DNA of 64,000 bases from Ramazzottius varieornatus (GCA_001949185.1 BDGG01000003.1:3517158-3581157); one strand, 5' to 3'. Numbered from the stretch's first letter, positions 1 through 12,827 are shown. Made by a program: numbers and translations. The notes: a model not told the origin generated them from the letters alone.

Positions 1-128
1 CAGTGGGCAGACGAATGTGACATTATGAGATGGACCATGATCTCGGCGCTCTCGGAATATCCCCGTTTTCGTGATCTCGAATATGGCCACCGCTGAAGTT
101 ACACTTACACGAAGATGTCTTATTGTAG

Positions 129-1514
129 GCGCATTCTTTTGCCTTTGGAAGATTTGCGGAGCTCAGCGCTTATAAGAAGATGGTAGGTCCCTACATACTT
201 TGCAACGAGTACTTTTATCGCCCTTCGATCCGAAACTTTCGCTGAGGTGTTGTTCTTGCAGTTGTATGGAACGCTCGGGGCTGCTGCAGTAGCAGGAGGC
301 TGTTTACTTTATGCTCTGGAAACATCCGAGGTGGAAGCCTCTGGAATCGACTTGCACGCACCCCATTTTCATTGGCCTCATTCTGGCGTGATTGATGCTT
401 TCGATCATAACAGGTACGACTGCGTGGACTCGTACCGTACGAGTACTGTCAGTATTAAACTGGTCATCGTTACTAGCTGAACCAGATCATTCATGCGTCG
501 GGGTTCTGTTTTAGCCTTCGGCGAGGATACCAAGTTTACAAGCAGGTCTGCGCGGCTTGTCACAGCCTGAAATATATCGCTTACCGTAATCTGGTCGGAG
601 TAACCCATACAGAAGAGGAAGCCAAAGCAGAAGCAGCTGCTGTGAGTGTTGCACTCCCATGACGGATGTTGACTCATTGCGAGCTTAACAAGTTATGTGG
701 ATACTCTGTAGATACAAGTCCAAGATGGGCCCGACGAGAACGGGAAGATGTTTATGCGGCCAGGGAAGCTCGCCGACTATTTCCCCAAACCGTACCCCAA
801 CGACGCAGCTGCACGAGCAGCCAATAACGGCGCCCTACCACCCGATTTGAGCTACATCACTCTTGCTCGGCACGGAAACGAGGTTTGTCGCTTGTAAGGA
901 TGTCGAGTTACGACAAGTTCGGATAGGAAAGCGTGTTCTAACTCGTTGTAGCACTACATATTTTCTCTGCTGACCGGCTATACGGAGGCCCCGGCCGGTA
1001 TCGAACTCAGAGACGGACAAGCATACAACCCGTACTTCCCTGGAGGTGCTCTCTCGATGGCCCAACAGCTCTACGACGAAGGAGTGGAATACGAAGACGG
1101 TAGTTCGCTGAAGTTCTTACGTACTACTGTGAGATCGAACCAACAGTGTTAAATAACCTCGTGATCTTCCGCAGGCACGAAAGCGACTGTCAGTCAGATG
1201 GCAAAGGATGTTTCTGAGTTTCTATCATGGGCTGCTATGCCAGAGCACGATTCGCGAAAGAGGATGGTCATCAAGGTACTGTGCATCTTCTAAAGTTCCA
1301 TGGACGAACTGTATCATCAGATGATGTTCCGTTTTGGCTTCTGCAGGCGGTTCTCTACTTTGCACTCATCTACCCGGTCGTTTACTACGCCTACAAGTTC
1401 AAATGGTCTTTGCTGAAATCGAGGAAGTCACAGTACGTCCTTCTGCCCAGACCGAGAAATCGATTCAACCCACCGACGTCAACTCCCTCTTCTTCTGCTC
1501 CTCCGTCGCATTAA
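129..1514 (+). CDS. CYC1: Cytochrome c1, mitochondrial complex III subunit (multi-exon; 5'-most exon not resolved)
   Basis: Spliced translation gives ...[13 protein letters not shown]..., heme motif [52 protein letters not shown] and the C-terminal TM followed by KWSLLKSRK; GT-AG introns. Confidence 0.95.
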
Positions 1515-1800
1515 AGAATACAGATTCGATCGGGGACGGAGTGTCAGTTTTTTTGTCTGTAGTGCGTTAGTTTATCGTTTATGAGAGATATGCGAGCAGA
1601 GACTTTAGTTCTTCACGCATTCTGCCTCTCGTCGGTGCGAGGTAGGCACCGTAAAAGTTGTGCTGATTTCTGGATAAGTTGTCAACTGACAATATTTATT
1701 GCTTACAGTAAACATGGACGTAAAGTTATCGAAATTCTATGTAGCAACTTGACGCGTGGTTTTCATTCAAAAATCGACAGCATTCTTCATTCCCCAGCTC

Positions 1801-4800
1801 TTAATTCCGTCGGTTAACCATCTGGCTGAGAATGTTCTGGCGTTGGCTCTTAATTTTCGATAAGCCGGCTGCCATCTTCGAACAGAAAGCGTCCATCTTT
1901 TCCAGCTTCCCATAATCGGGGGCCAGTGATTCCAGTGGAGATACTGGAGCCTCTGTTTTTGAATCGCCGTCAGTCTTCATCGGTTGGTTCGCACCGGGCG
2001 AAATTTCTTGTTCCTGAAGCTTGAGATAGTTATTTCTGGCTCGCTCCCGTTCGGTCATCTTGTCCAATATGAACAAGGTGTCTTTGCCTTTCAAAGCGTC
2101 TTTCGCGGATATATTGATATTTCGAGCGACTGATGAGCCATTCACTGTCTTCTGGGTACTCAATCCGATGAGAGAGTCATGTTTGATCAGCTCGTGTTCG
2201 CAAAGCATAGTCTTCGGAAGGTAGTTCTTTGCAGGCAGTAACCACAGGTCATCTCGACTTGTGAAGGCAAGGTCGGCCGTATAACCGAGGAACGCTGCGG
2301 AAACAGGAGAAGCAGGAAGTTCGATGATACGGATTATCCTGTTGACGGAGTTCCAGAGGCGGATTGTTTGGTCCGCCGCCGATGTCAGGAAGAACCCAAA
2401 GGTTTTGTACGAAAGTATAATCGTCACATCGGCGGTATGCTGGGATGTCTTTGCCTGTTTGAAGTTACCTGAAAGGTAACAGTAATTTAATGAAAAAGAG
2501 TTTTTCTTAGTAGAAGCTCGGCACACAAAGGTCGTTTTTCCGAGTGGCGCACGCTTTCGGCCAATAACAGCCAAAACGTGCACCACTTCGGAAAACAGCT
2601 TTGTCAAGTTTATTTGTCTGGCATACCAGGTCCCATTTTTCATCGTACTCACTTTTCCGGAAGATATCGTACACGAGACACTGGCGCACAGAACCAGGCC
2701 CGTAAGTATCCATTCCCAGCATCACCCGACTATGAAGAGGAGCCACGAGATGGACCACGTTGCCAAAGGTGAGAGTGGATAGCGAAAATATTGAGTAACT
2801 TTTAGGGTCGGTCATCCAAATTTTCACTGTCATGTCTGAAAAAAAGTAAATACTCCAACTGAATGAATTTCTAAGGGACTGAAAGAATGGCGTTGTGACA
2901 TACCGAGTGCAGTTGTGAATATTTTCAGGAGGTCCACGTCGACTGTCATAGAGAGTAGCCGACCACTGTGACACTCCTTCCGGGTCTTGAACTGTTTAAC
3001 TTCCGGGTCGAACAGTGTCATCCATCCGAGCGAATCACAGAGAACCAAGAGATACTCTAACCTAGCGATGTGCGAACCAGCAGCAACAGACCGTCTGGAC
3101 GCCAGAGGTTCGCTCTTCTCGAAAGGTATCGATGCCATAAAGTCAACTCCGGTTTCTTCCCCTGTAAAACTACCGATCTGCTCTGATTGAGCTTCTTGTT
3201 CTTCGACGGAAGAACGAAGGACAGCCCCGGCCACAGAAGCCTTGTAAACGTATTCCCCGGAGTACACTCCATCCGTTATCTGACCAGCGTCCGAAGGACG
3301 TGAAAGCATCTGGACATGGCCACACGAACTGTCTATCAAACTAACCGATCCAGCATCATGAAGAACGGCAACCTGTGAGAAATCTATTCCTTGCTTGGGT
3401 GCTTGAAGTATCTTCTTCGCTTGGGAGCCCGAAAAGGTCACAAGCAACTGGCACAGGTTGTTTGTCTTCCAGACAATAAGGCTCTGACTGTCCTGGTGAA
3501 AGCCAAGCAGCATCTGAGTACTGTGACATGGGCTCAGGCTATCCCACGGTAGAGACAAGGAAAACCTTTGGGAATGTCGAGCGGAGGGCAAGTCAGTCAC
3601 GAACCCATGTTTGTGTTGGAAAACGATAGCGTGGCCTGGAAAAGCCGGATGTACGGCCAAATACGTGATGTCTCGGGCGTTGTCATACAGGATCTTCCGG
3701 ATGGCCACACCTTTTTGATCGATCGCTGTAACTACAGTGGAAAACTGGATTCTGATTTGTTTCAATACGTATATCGTTGCTCTATTCGGGACGCCGGCAA
3801 ATAGATTTACCAGATCGTTTCCCAAGTGGCGCACGCTCTCGACCAATAACAATGAAAACGTGCGCCGCTTGAGACTACAATCGGTGTGAAAACCATTTGC
3901 TCGCGTCCCATATAACGTGTTCCGGAAAAATCAGCGATCTGTTCTACGCTTCGGATGATGCATACCAATCCCTTGATTGTCTCCCAACAGGAAGCAATTC
4001 AAAGAGCAAATCCAAACACCAGCTGTGTAAGTGCATCGATCATCTTCCAGCTTTCCGAGCGTTTTACAGCCATAAGTGTCTACGATCTACCCTGTAAAAG
4101 CGTAACATCCATAAATACAGCGGATCATTCATAGAGAATACTAAGCGTGATATATTTCTCTTACCATGGCCGTTCTCCCGTAGCACAAGAGCAGAACCTG
4201 CAGCTGTTCCACTGGTGTGTTCAGCATCACCCAGCACTTTTGTCCAAATGGCGGGTTCCATTCGGGGAGGCGTAACATGCCGATGACATTCATGTGCTTT
4301 TCAGTCAACCGGTACCGAAATATCTGCAAACCATACTCGATTAAAAAGTCCCCATTAAAAGACGATTTCATAGCATTAAAATTTAAGCAAGCGAATTGGA
4401 CGCACGGTACCAATATAAGTTGCAAGTGGACGGTGACGATTTCTCCCGTTCTGTCACTCACGAATGCATCCATGATACTTCCCACACCCGACGGAAGGTC
4501 CTTCCTGGTTGAAAGTCTGAGTTGTTCATCCAGCACCTATAAGTTGTATTTCGGCCTCATTTTTCTATTTTGCCCCATTCTGTTTTCTTTGAATTTTTTT
4601 TCCTGCAACTTGTTTTACCAAAAGGAACGGTTGCCCAGTCTTCCACACCAAGTACTCGCCGGTATGCTGAATGAACAAAATGCGATCTACTGCTTCCGGT
4701 ACTTGATGTTGATGGCGAAACTGGAGGGTTCGGCCGTCTAAAGTAGTAAGCTTGCCACCGTCGCATATTAACATCACACTCGCGTCCTGCGGATTTTCGT

Positions 4801-4978
4801 ACAAGGAAATCGCGTTCCAGTGTTTCGGAAGATGCATTCGACGGTCAAAGTTTAAGCCATGCGTTAGCTGCCGCAGTTCCAGGTCTTCGCATATTTTGTT
4901 TGAAAGGAATTTGAGGTCCTTCACAAACTGCCGCAGGGTCCTCCATCTACGAGCAGCCTCTGATGGCAGCTCTGACAT
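1801..4978 (-). CDS. WD40-repeat protein, WDR97-like (multi-exon)
   Basis: N-terminus MSELPSEAARRWRTLR...LRQLTHGL resembles the WDR97 N-terminus as I recall it. WD repeats include HSGRLLSMTV..IFTTALDMTVKIW and HTADVT..FLTSAADQTIRLWN. Exons are joined from ORFs 4565-4993, 4141-4536, 2830-3852, 2507-2974 and 1801-2652. Confidence 0.7.
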
Positions 4979-6331
4979 TGAAACGGCAATCAAACTTGAT
5001 CGGTAATCGATGAAGACACAAGGCCTAACTCAACATGACATCTGACACCAATCACTCCGTGGCTTGAAAGTTGAGACACGAAGATGTAAGATGATGTGGT
5101 CGTGAACCAGGACCTCGATGAAAGGCGTCGAAATACCATGCTTCGTTGATATGTTAAACAACATGTCCCGTGAATGCCAGCCTGCTTTAAGACGAAACTT
5201 TAAACGACCTGTTATAGACCCGGATCTGGCGAATATCAAACAAACTTAACTTATTTATTCCTATGGAAATAATCAGCATGAGCTAAAGGCCGACTGGAAG
5301 TTTGGGAACGCTGATCAGTCGATTTTTGAGTTTTGTTTGAGATATCAAATTAGCAGAGTAGAAGGTACCAGTCACGCCCTTTTTCCACTGGAATGTTGAT
5401 GTGAAATGAAAATAAATACGGTAAATCTGACATTGAGGCGACACTGGTTGAGACGCCGGTAAACGATTTGAACGTGATCTTTTTCCCAGTGGCGCACGCT
5501 CTCAGTTAATAACAACGAGAGCGTGCGCCACTTGGAATACAGTCGTGTTCAGTTTATTTGCCGATGTCCCATTTCATTTTAGCGAACTGTGTCCGAACTG
5601 AGGCTGTGTCCGAACTGAGGCTCCCGATCACAAACGCATTTCAGAAATTTCGCACCTACGCGGACCGATCTCACAGAGTAACTAAGATGTGCCCTCGAGC
5701 TTCACACGCCTCCCAGTCTTCCCGTGTACGCTGTAAGAGGGTTCGGTTCGTTTTTCCATCCATCGAGAGCCCATACGTACCACAGCTAATCTCAGGAAAC
5801 GACTTCCATCACGTACGAACACTTAAGCCATCCAACAGCTTAATGAGCCAGCTGAAATACCCAAAGGCATGCTGAACCATCCATCACACGCGCTTCATTG
5901 TGGTTAGAATGGTTTCCAGTCAATAATCAGAGAACCGCTATGTAGTTCGCTTCTCGCAGCGATAGACATAGTCGGGAGCCAAGACCTAAGACGCTAAAGA
6001 GAGTAAACTCTTCCCGCTCGTCACGCTAGAGCGAGTACTCCGTACAGTTGGTGTACACGTCCACAATCTCGTAACTCTCGTTACGCCACTGATCACACAG
6101 AACGACCCTTTCTGCAAAGTGGTGATTATTTAAACGCCGCTCAAACTCTTCCGTAGGTGCTCGGCTTTTCTCCTCAACTTTTGCTTCGCACGAGCAATCC
6201 ATTGCTCTCATGATCTAACAAAGTCACTGCTGAATCGGGAAACCTCTGCAAAGACCTTCCTACTCGATTTCAGGAACCGAAAGCCGACGGGTTATTTTTC
6301 TGCTGCTGAGTGAACCAAGTTTCTGGGCAGA

Positions 6332-7986
6332 ATGAAAAACAGCAGTGATGGGTTTCTAAACGACCAAAAGCCGGCTAACTTCGTGACTTGCGAGCATTGG
6401 TTGTGCTGTGAGGAATACCACATCGTTATCAGCTGCCTCTTGATCATCGGATGCCAGATCGTGGGCATGCTGGTTTCAGCAGTCCTGAAGTATGAGAAAA
6501 TCAAGCATTGTTCCGGTGGCACTACCTTCTTCCTGCTTGCCCTCGTCAACTTGCTCACTTCACAGGTAAAACATTCTTCCTTGTTCCATCTACCAATGAA
6601 AATGAAATGCCCGATATCACAGTGCGGTATTCCTCGTAGACTTTTTATCCACGGCAACTTATGGTTAGCTGTTTAGTCTGCATTTGGGCTCTGCGACTGG
6701 CAGTCTACCTGATGATTCGGTACGTGCCGGTACCTCCCTTCCGTGTTATAGGATCCCTCTTTCAGCTCCAACCAATGTCTGTTTTGTTACAGAGCATATA
6801 GCGTTGAAGCATCTCACAAAATCTCGGTGGCTTTCGCGGTCGATGCTGATCCCCGGCAGCCACCGAACACAGTCCTTCACCGAGTTGTTTTCTGGATGGT
6901 GCAAATAGTCTGGATAAGTGTTGTCAGTCTGCCAGTTATTCTGGTAAGTCTCGATTATCGTCCCTCCCAAAAATTACATGCTGAATGTGTAAAGTTCACT
7001 TAATAAGCTGTTTACCGATTGAAAGTTTCTGCTTGGTGTTTAGATTGACTGCCAGCCATTCCACCCTATGCCACAGGGTTCGTCAAAGTCAGGTCCGCTA
7101 ACTGACACGGATATAGGCGGCCTGACTTTATGGATTGTTGGTTTCCTGTGCGAGTTCTTCGCGGACCTGCAAAAATACAAGTTTAAGCAAGATAGCAACA
7201 ACGATGACCGCTTTTGCACAAAAGGTACCAATATACCGCCAAAACGATCCGTACTGCTGATCTGGGTCGGAAAAGGTTTTGACCACAATCGGTGTCTCAA
7301 GTAGCGCACGTTTCCATTGTTATTGGCTGGAAGTGTACACCACTTGGGAAAGCGATCATGGCCAGGTCATTTGCCGTCGTCCCAATCTTGCTTGTCTAAC
7401 GTGCTGTGTGGACTCAATCAGATTAAGCTTTTCGTCCTCCAGATCTCTGGACCTGGTCTCGTCATCCCAATTATTTCGGCGAAATCATCCAGTGGTGGGG
7501 GATATTTACCATCTACACGGAAACAATCCGCGAGCCCTGGATGTGGATCGGGATCATCAGTCCGCTCTTCATCACATGCCTTCTCCTCTTTCTCCAAGTA
7601 CCAGCCTTGGAACAACACAGTGACGTTCGATTTGCGTCGTAAGACAAACACTCAATCTTCTCTTCATCAAAATAATCACATTTCCGTCCCTCTCACAAAC
7701 TTCCAGCTTCTATTTCAGCATCGAGGAGTATCAAGATTACAAGCATTCCACAAGCCCCATCATTCCAATGCCGCCAGAGCTCTACGTGGGAATACCTGAT
7801 TTCCTCAAAAAGCTCTTGTTGTTCGAGCTTCCCTTCTACGACCACATCCCGGACGATGCCAGTAAGGCTTGAATTTCAAACTCAAACGTCTGGATAAAAT
7901 GTAAAATCTGGTTGCTTACAGAACCGAAGGAACCGCAAAAAACCTTGCCACGCTCTTCTCGACGCGACATGGATATGCCATTCTGA
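6332..7986 (+). CDS. DUF1295 / steroid 5-alpha-reductase-like membrane protein (multi-exon)
   Basis: Spliced motifs RQLMVSCLVCIWALRL, EFFADLQKYKFK, LWTWSRHPNYFGEIIQWWG and YQDYKHSTSPIIP. The last exon (stop at 7986 vs about 7873) is uncertain. Confidence 0.88.
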
Positions 7987-8061
7987 TGGACCGTTGTTCC
8001 GCAAACGAATAGGAGTGTCTTCTGCACCTTGCCGGCATTCCCTTTCGAGCAATCTTCTGTA

Positions 8062-9075
8062 TCACATATGCATGTATTTGTCGATCACCACTGAGAAAAT
8101 AGCGAATACTGCCCCACCGATAATACCGGGCTTCACTCCAGCTGAAATAAAAAACCACATACCCGATCAGAAACACACCACTTACAGTATTTCCTCAATG
8201 AAGCTACTTCTCCTCCGGAAGTAAAAGAATTTGATAGACTAATCCAGTTGCTCAACTTCAACTGGATACTTACCTCGTAAACCTATCAAAAATCCAGTTG
8301 CACCTCCGGAATACGCGGAGTTCTGCCAGTCGGATTTACCTCGATACTGCAAGCAATAATATTTAGTCAAGTTAAGTACGTCGAACTAAGGCAAACAATC
8401 TTAACAACGCTTCTCAAGTTCTAATGATATAAACTCACTGATTCTACGGTGCACTCGATGGAAGAAAAGAGGGCTCCGACCATGGCAAAGTTCTTCGCGC
8501 TGGAGAGGCTCCTAGACCCCATTTCTCTGAAGACCTGTCGGACAGTCTGTGTAGCGGGATCCACACGACCTCCCATGGAGTAATATGGATCGACACTGGC
8601 TCCGAACAGACCCAGTGCTCCGCCGATGACGAAACCTGCAACCCATATGCATTACCATATAGAAACGTTACTGCCAGGAATTACGATGAAGCATGGTGTT
8701 TCGCATGTACCTCCGACAGTGCTCAAGCAAGTCTTGAAAGCGCAACTCTCGAAGAAGGATTGCATCAACTTTTCCTCCCGGCTCCTGGTGAAGGTCTGCC
8801 ATGCTCCAGGCCACTGTGCTCCAACCGTGTGCGCTCTCATTTCCTCCTTACTGGGCAGCATGCCGGACACCATGGCCGTTCTGCAAAGCGAAACCATTGG
8901 TACATCGTCAGTCATAACGCTTCGACCAACCGGAAGTCAAATCATACCTGTATACACGTCCTAGTGGAGTCACCAGGGATAAGATGTCCGAAGCCCCAAT
9001 GGGCTCCACTCGCGCTAAGGCATCCCGGTTTGACGCATCTTCCGAGGTTTCCGGTACGACGTCTCCTCCTAACAT
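8062..9075 (-). CDS. TIMM22: Mitochondrial inner-membrane translocase subunit Tim22
   Basis: [48 protein letters not shown]|[17 protein letters not shown]|AGVKPG; five phase-compatible exons. Confidence 0.93.
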
Positions 9076-9386
9076 GTTTTGATAGTAAATCGAGCTTAAT
9101 GGATGATGGGTAGAGAGAAACGGAAAGATATTCTAGCGGCTCAGATGGAAACGCTCTTGTCGGTTCTTCTGTCCAGAAAGGAAACCGGATGGAGCAGCGA
9201 GATGCATTCAATCACCTTCAATATGACATCCAGGGCAGATCGCTGTATCGAGCTGACAGAAGCTGCGGGATGCGAACTGCGAATGGGATTTTTGGAAGCT
9301 AGCTGACCACATATATGACGTGACATGACATATTTTACATGACCTTCAGGACATTACAATTACATCATAATTGCATGACTGGCATT

Positions 9387-9766
9387 AGCTAGACTCAAAG
9401 CTGGCGTTTACGTAAAAGTAGTCGTTTAAAAACGGCGTTTGTTTAAGTAAATCAACCAATCACGTAATCAATTGAAATTTCAGGTCTGAGTACCGAAATA
9501 ATCAATCACAGTCTAACATACCAAATGACGTAGAAAAGGCTGTGACGTCAGAAACATTGACGGGAATTTTTTGAGTGGAACATTTTCGAACACGATGCCG
9601 ACATCACGGAGGCGATTAACAGGCTCCGTTTAGCTAAATGGACGATTTCAATCCGTTTAGCTAAACTGAGTGGGCGGGGTCTGTTTGGCGAGCTTGATCA
9701 ATCCCAACGTCCGTTTAGCTAAACAAACGGCCCAAATTTAGGTAAACGCCAGCTTTGAGTCTAGCT
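9387..9766. mobile_element. MITE / non-autonomous DNA transposon, 380 bp
   Basis: Perfect 25-bp TIR AGCTAGACTCAAAGCTGGCGTTTAC (9387-9411 / 9742-9766), flanked by ATT on both sides (or TA if the ends shift by 1 bp). Three internal copies of CCGTTTAGCTAAA. Confidence 0.85.
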
Positions 9767-10188
9767 ATTCACCAGCAAGATATACAGCGTATTAACGCGG
9801 CACGCCACGAAGAGTACTCTCCTTTATTCGATCTCGGACTTCCGGAGATGATACGGACATGATATGGAAAAAACCGCGCGGTCGTTCTGATTTTGCTGCG
9901 TCTAATGCAATTCAGGTTCAGAAACAAAAGCCGATATAGTTACAGAGAAAAGGATATAAACTCATCTATCTGCGGTAGATACAATATTCTTGAGGGGAAC
10001 GCATGTAAAAATCCGGACGTTCAACACGCCACATAAAAAAGTCTCAGCGGATAGAACTCTGTCACCGGAGCAAATAGTCTGTAAAGGTGTCGAAAAAAGA
10101 CTTGCGGGACATGCTATCTACGCCTTCTTGAGGCCAATGAGGTGTGATGGTGACGCGGAGTATTCAACGTCATCAGTTTTTCGCCCTG

Positions 10189-10929
10189 TTATCTTCGGAG
10201 GTTCTCTCCTGAGTGCACTGAAGCGGAAGAAGGCAAGGCTTTGTACAGCTGCACCGACAGTCTGATGGTCTCTGAGAGAGTCGTCAGGAAGTCTCTCCGG
10301 GCGAAGGCATTGGTTAGCCGCATGGCTCCACGTGCAAACTCTTGTAGCCCGCCCTCGGGAAACTGGAGCCGAAGAGAGCGTGCTACCTCGACCAGCAGCG
10401 AACACAAAACTTCCTCGACATTATCTGAAAAACGCAAATTTGAATCGAAAAAGTCTTCCAATACAGGGGGAGTGATAAACGGGACTTACATATTTGCTCC
10501 GCGGAGGTCTCGGGAGGTTCTCCGAAAAGTCCGCTGGAAAGGCCGTCACGGAGACCAGGAAGACCGTACATGTCGTACACGGCCTTTTTATGTGGATCCG
10601 TCAGCACCGTGTGGGCAAAACTGATTTTCTTGAACTGCAGAAAACATTCAACCGTACTATCAAACGGGGACATATTACGTAATACCCGTAAAGAAGAATT
10701 ATGAACTGCGCGGCGCTCGCTTCATTTCACTTACCATCTCTCCATCTTGTTCGTTAGGGTTCTTGTCCGGATGATATTGCCGAGCGAGCTGACGATATGC
10801 CTGAAAAAATAAAAAATATGAGAAGGTTCCGATTTTTGTGTCCAGTTGTGATTATTTTACCCTTTTTATTTCCGCTTCGGTTGCTCCTTTTTGAATTCCC
10901 AGAACGTCATATAATTTGGTGTCAGGCAT
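10189..10929 (-). CDS. Short J-domain (DnaJ/Hsp40) protein with a DNAJA-like J domain and an unrecognised C-terminus
   Basis: MPDTKLYDVLGIQKGATEAEIKR|AYRQLARQYHPDKNP..|FKKISFAHTVLTDPHKKAVYDMYG. The HPD motif is intact; no CxxCxGxG repeats; four exons. Confidence 0.85.
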
Positions 10930-11396
10930 AACGACGCTCGAAGGTGTGCACAGTACTTCTCGAAAGTCTGCGGATCTTCGGGTGATCGACGGACAAACGG
11001 AAACCCGACAATCCGAGAGAAGACAAACGGGCAACTGACACAAAGAAATTCAGGATAGGAGCGAGTACACTCAGCGCGAGAAAGAAAAGTCTAACGGTCC
11101 AGATACCGCCATGCCGCAGCAAAAAATCGAACGGCTAACATCCCTTTTCCGATCCACAAGTACTCCTGGATAACCACCTAGAGTTGAAGATGTGTAAAGG
11201 AGAAGGAAAGGTAAGAATATCATCGAAAATTCGAACTGAATAGTAAAGATCAAAGAATCCGAAAACTGAAAATTTCATTCGAAGAAGTCGGAAGCAGTTG
11301 AGTTAGCCCATTCATCGCAGATGACGCCAATGATGACTCATGTCATGTGGTCAGTAACATAACATGAACACACATGGGAGTGCAGCAGGTGCGTAC

Positions 11397-11903
11397 TGTA
11401 GTGGCTTGCAGCCACCGTCAGATCAACAGTAGCAATTATGATTGGTCGGTCGCCTTTTGCGGCATATCTTACTGCAGATTTCAGACTGCGGTTCCNNNNN
11501 NNNNNNNNNNNNNNNNNNNNNNNNNNNNNNNNNNNNNNNNNNNNNATTGTCCCGTTTTCGTTTTCACTCGAAGTGGTCTTGCGACCATTTAAGTTTTTGG
11601 TGATTATTTGGTAGATTTCGCAGTGGGAAATAAGGACAACACGGTCAGTTCGGTAAGGGGGCGTGGTGTCAGTTACTGTTACGCCCACTCCGCTAATTTG
11701 GGCTGCCAGACTCGGACGTTGTTTACTGTGGTCCATGGTTGAAAGACTAACGAGCCGAGCTGTGAGACCACACCGCTAGGCTGGAAATAAACGGATAGTG
11801 GAACCGCAGTCTAGAGTATGCAGTACGATCTGCCGCAGAAGCCGATCGACCAATCATAATTGCTACTGCTGATCTGACGGTGGCTGCAAACCAAGTCACT
11901 ACA
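11397..11903. mobile_element. Non-autonomous element with ~100-bp imperfect terminal inverted repeats and TGT...ACA ends (spans the N gap)
   Basis: 11397-11495 is the reverse complement of about 11800-11903 (e.g. GCAGCCACCGTCAGATCAACAGTAGCAATTATGATTGGTCG). Flanks CGTAC (11392-11396) and CGTGC (11904-11908) may be a 5-bp TSD with one mismatch. Confidence 0.75.
11496..11545. other. Assembly gap (50 N)
   Basis: Run of N in the sequence. Confidence 1.
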
Positions 11904-12082
11904 CGTGCTAGCAAGTCAGCTATCAACAATCAACCAAACTCCGTACATATCAGAACTTCGAATTCCTTCTTCCAAAATTCGAACTCCCCACGGGAACGAC
12001 AGCCGACAGGAGATCGTTTCTTCTCAGTATCCCGACTCAAGTCCAGGTAGCTGGACGACCAGCATGATCGAACCTCGCTTCT

Positions 12083-12801
12083 ATGAAGACCCTACCGAAG
12101 GACTCTGATATCGTGAATCCTTTCCCCTCGCCGTCAGCTTCTCCGGAAAGAGCCATCTACGGGTATCTTCGTAATCCACAATTTTGACGAAGTGCAATCC
12201 ATTCCATCGTTACCCGATGTGTCTTGACTCTTAGGTTTGCTCTGCTTCTGGCCTCCATCACTGCAGCCGGTAGGCAGTCTGACTCCACCCCACTTCCGGC
12301 CGCTGTATTCCCATCGTTATATGTTGCAGTGGTATATTTGGTGTGGGCCGTTGTCCCAGTGGAGTATCTGGAATGGATCGGGATTGACTTTCTGCCCAGC
12401 AAGTAAGCCAACCTATTCCGCTGTTTTCTTGTGCATTATATTGTAATTGAAGTTTCGTAACGAACAGGTACTGGGTAGTGGTTGCACCGCTATGCATTTG
12501 CTCTCTGGTGTTCTTCATTCCACTATGCTACGGTTTCATCTGCCTGCGACTACTCCCTGCCTCCGGCATCGAGCACATCGCTGTTGGTGAGTTCCACCCG
12601 ATACTAGCAACCCCCCTGATGACTGACAAGCGAGAACCAGATGAACATTTTGCAGATGAGTACTCAAGAACTTCGCTGTATTCCAAGCTTGACCAGACAC
12701 CATCGGGGGGAATACCTCCGCTCTGTGATATCCCCCTCGAACACATAGGGAAGAACCATTCTCTCCCGACATCGAAGACTAAACGCGGAAGGAGACCTTA
12801 A
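12083..12801 (+). CDS. PIGP: GPI-GlcNAc transferase subunit P (PIG-P)
   Basis: PSPSASPERAIYG|FALL..YLVWAVVP..WIGIDFLPSK|YWVVVAP..GIPPLCDIPL is the PIG-P family pattern; five exons. Confidence 0.9.
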
Positions 12802-12827
12802 GAGAAATAGGTTCCGGCTGCTGAACG

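Noticed and set aside
2469-2652. Family A/B introns as Introner elements (the intron being the transposon)
   Set aside because: The repeats lie inside introns at variable distances from the splice sites, and the intron ends are not homologous to each other; only one B arm coincides with an acceptor.
5587-5622. Short tandem duplications (here and at about 36356-36385)
   Set aside because: Two-copy local slippage events with no further structure.
5558-6211. ORFs between the WDR97-like and DUF1295 genes
   Set aside because: Short and stop-interrupted, with no recognisable motif or consistent splice path.
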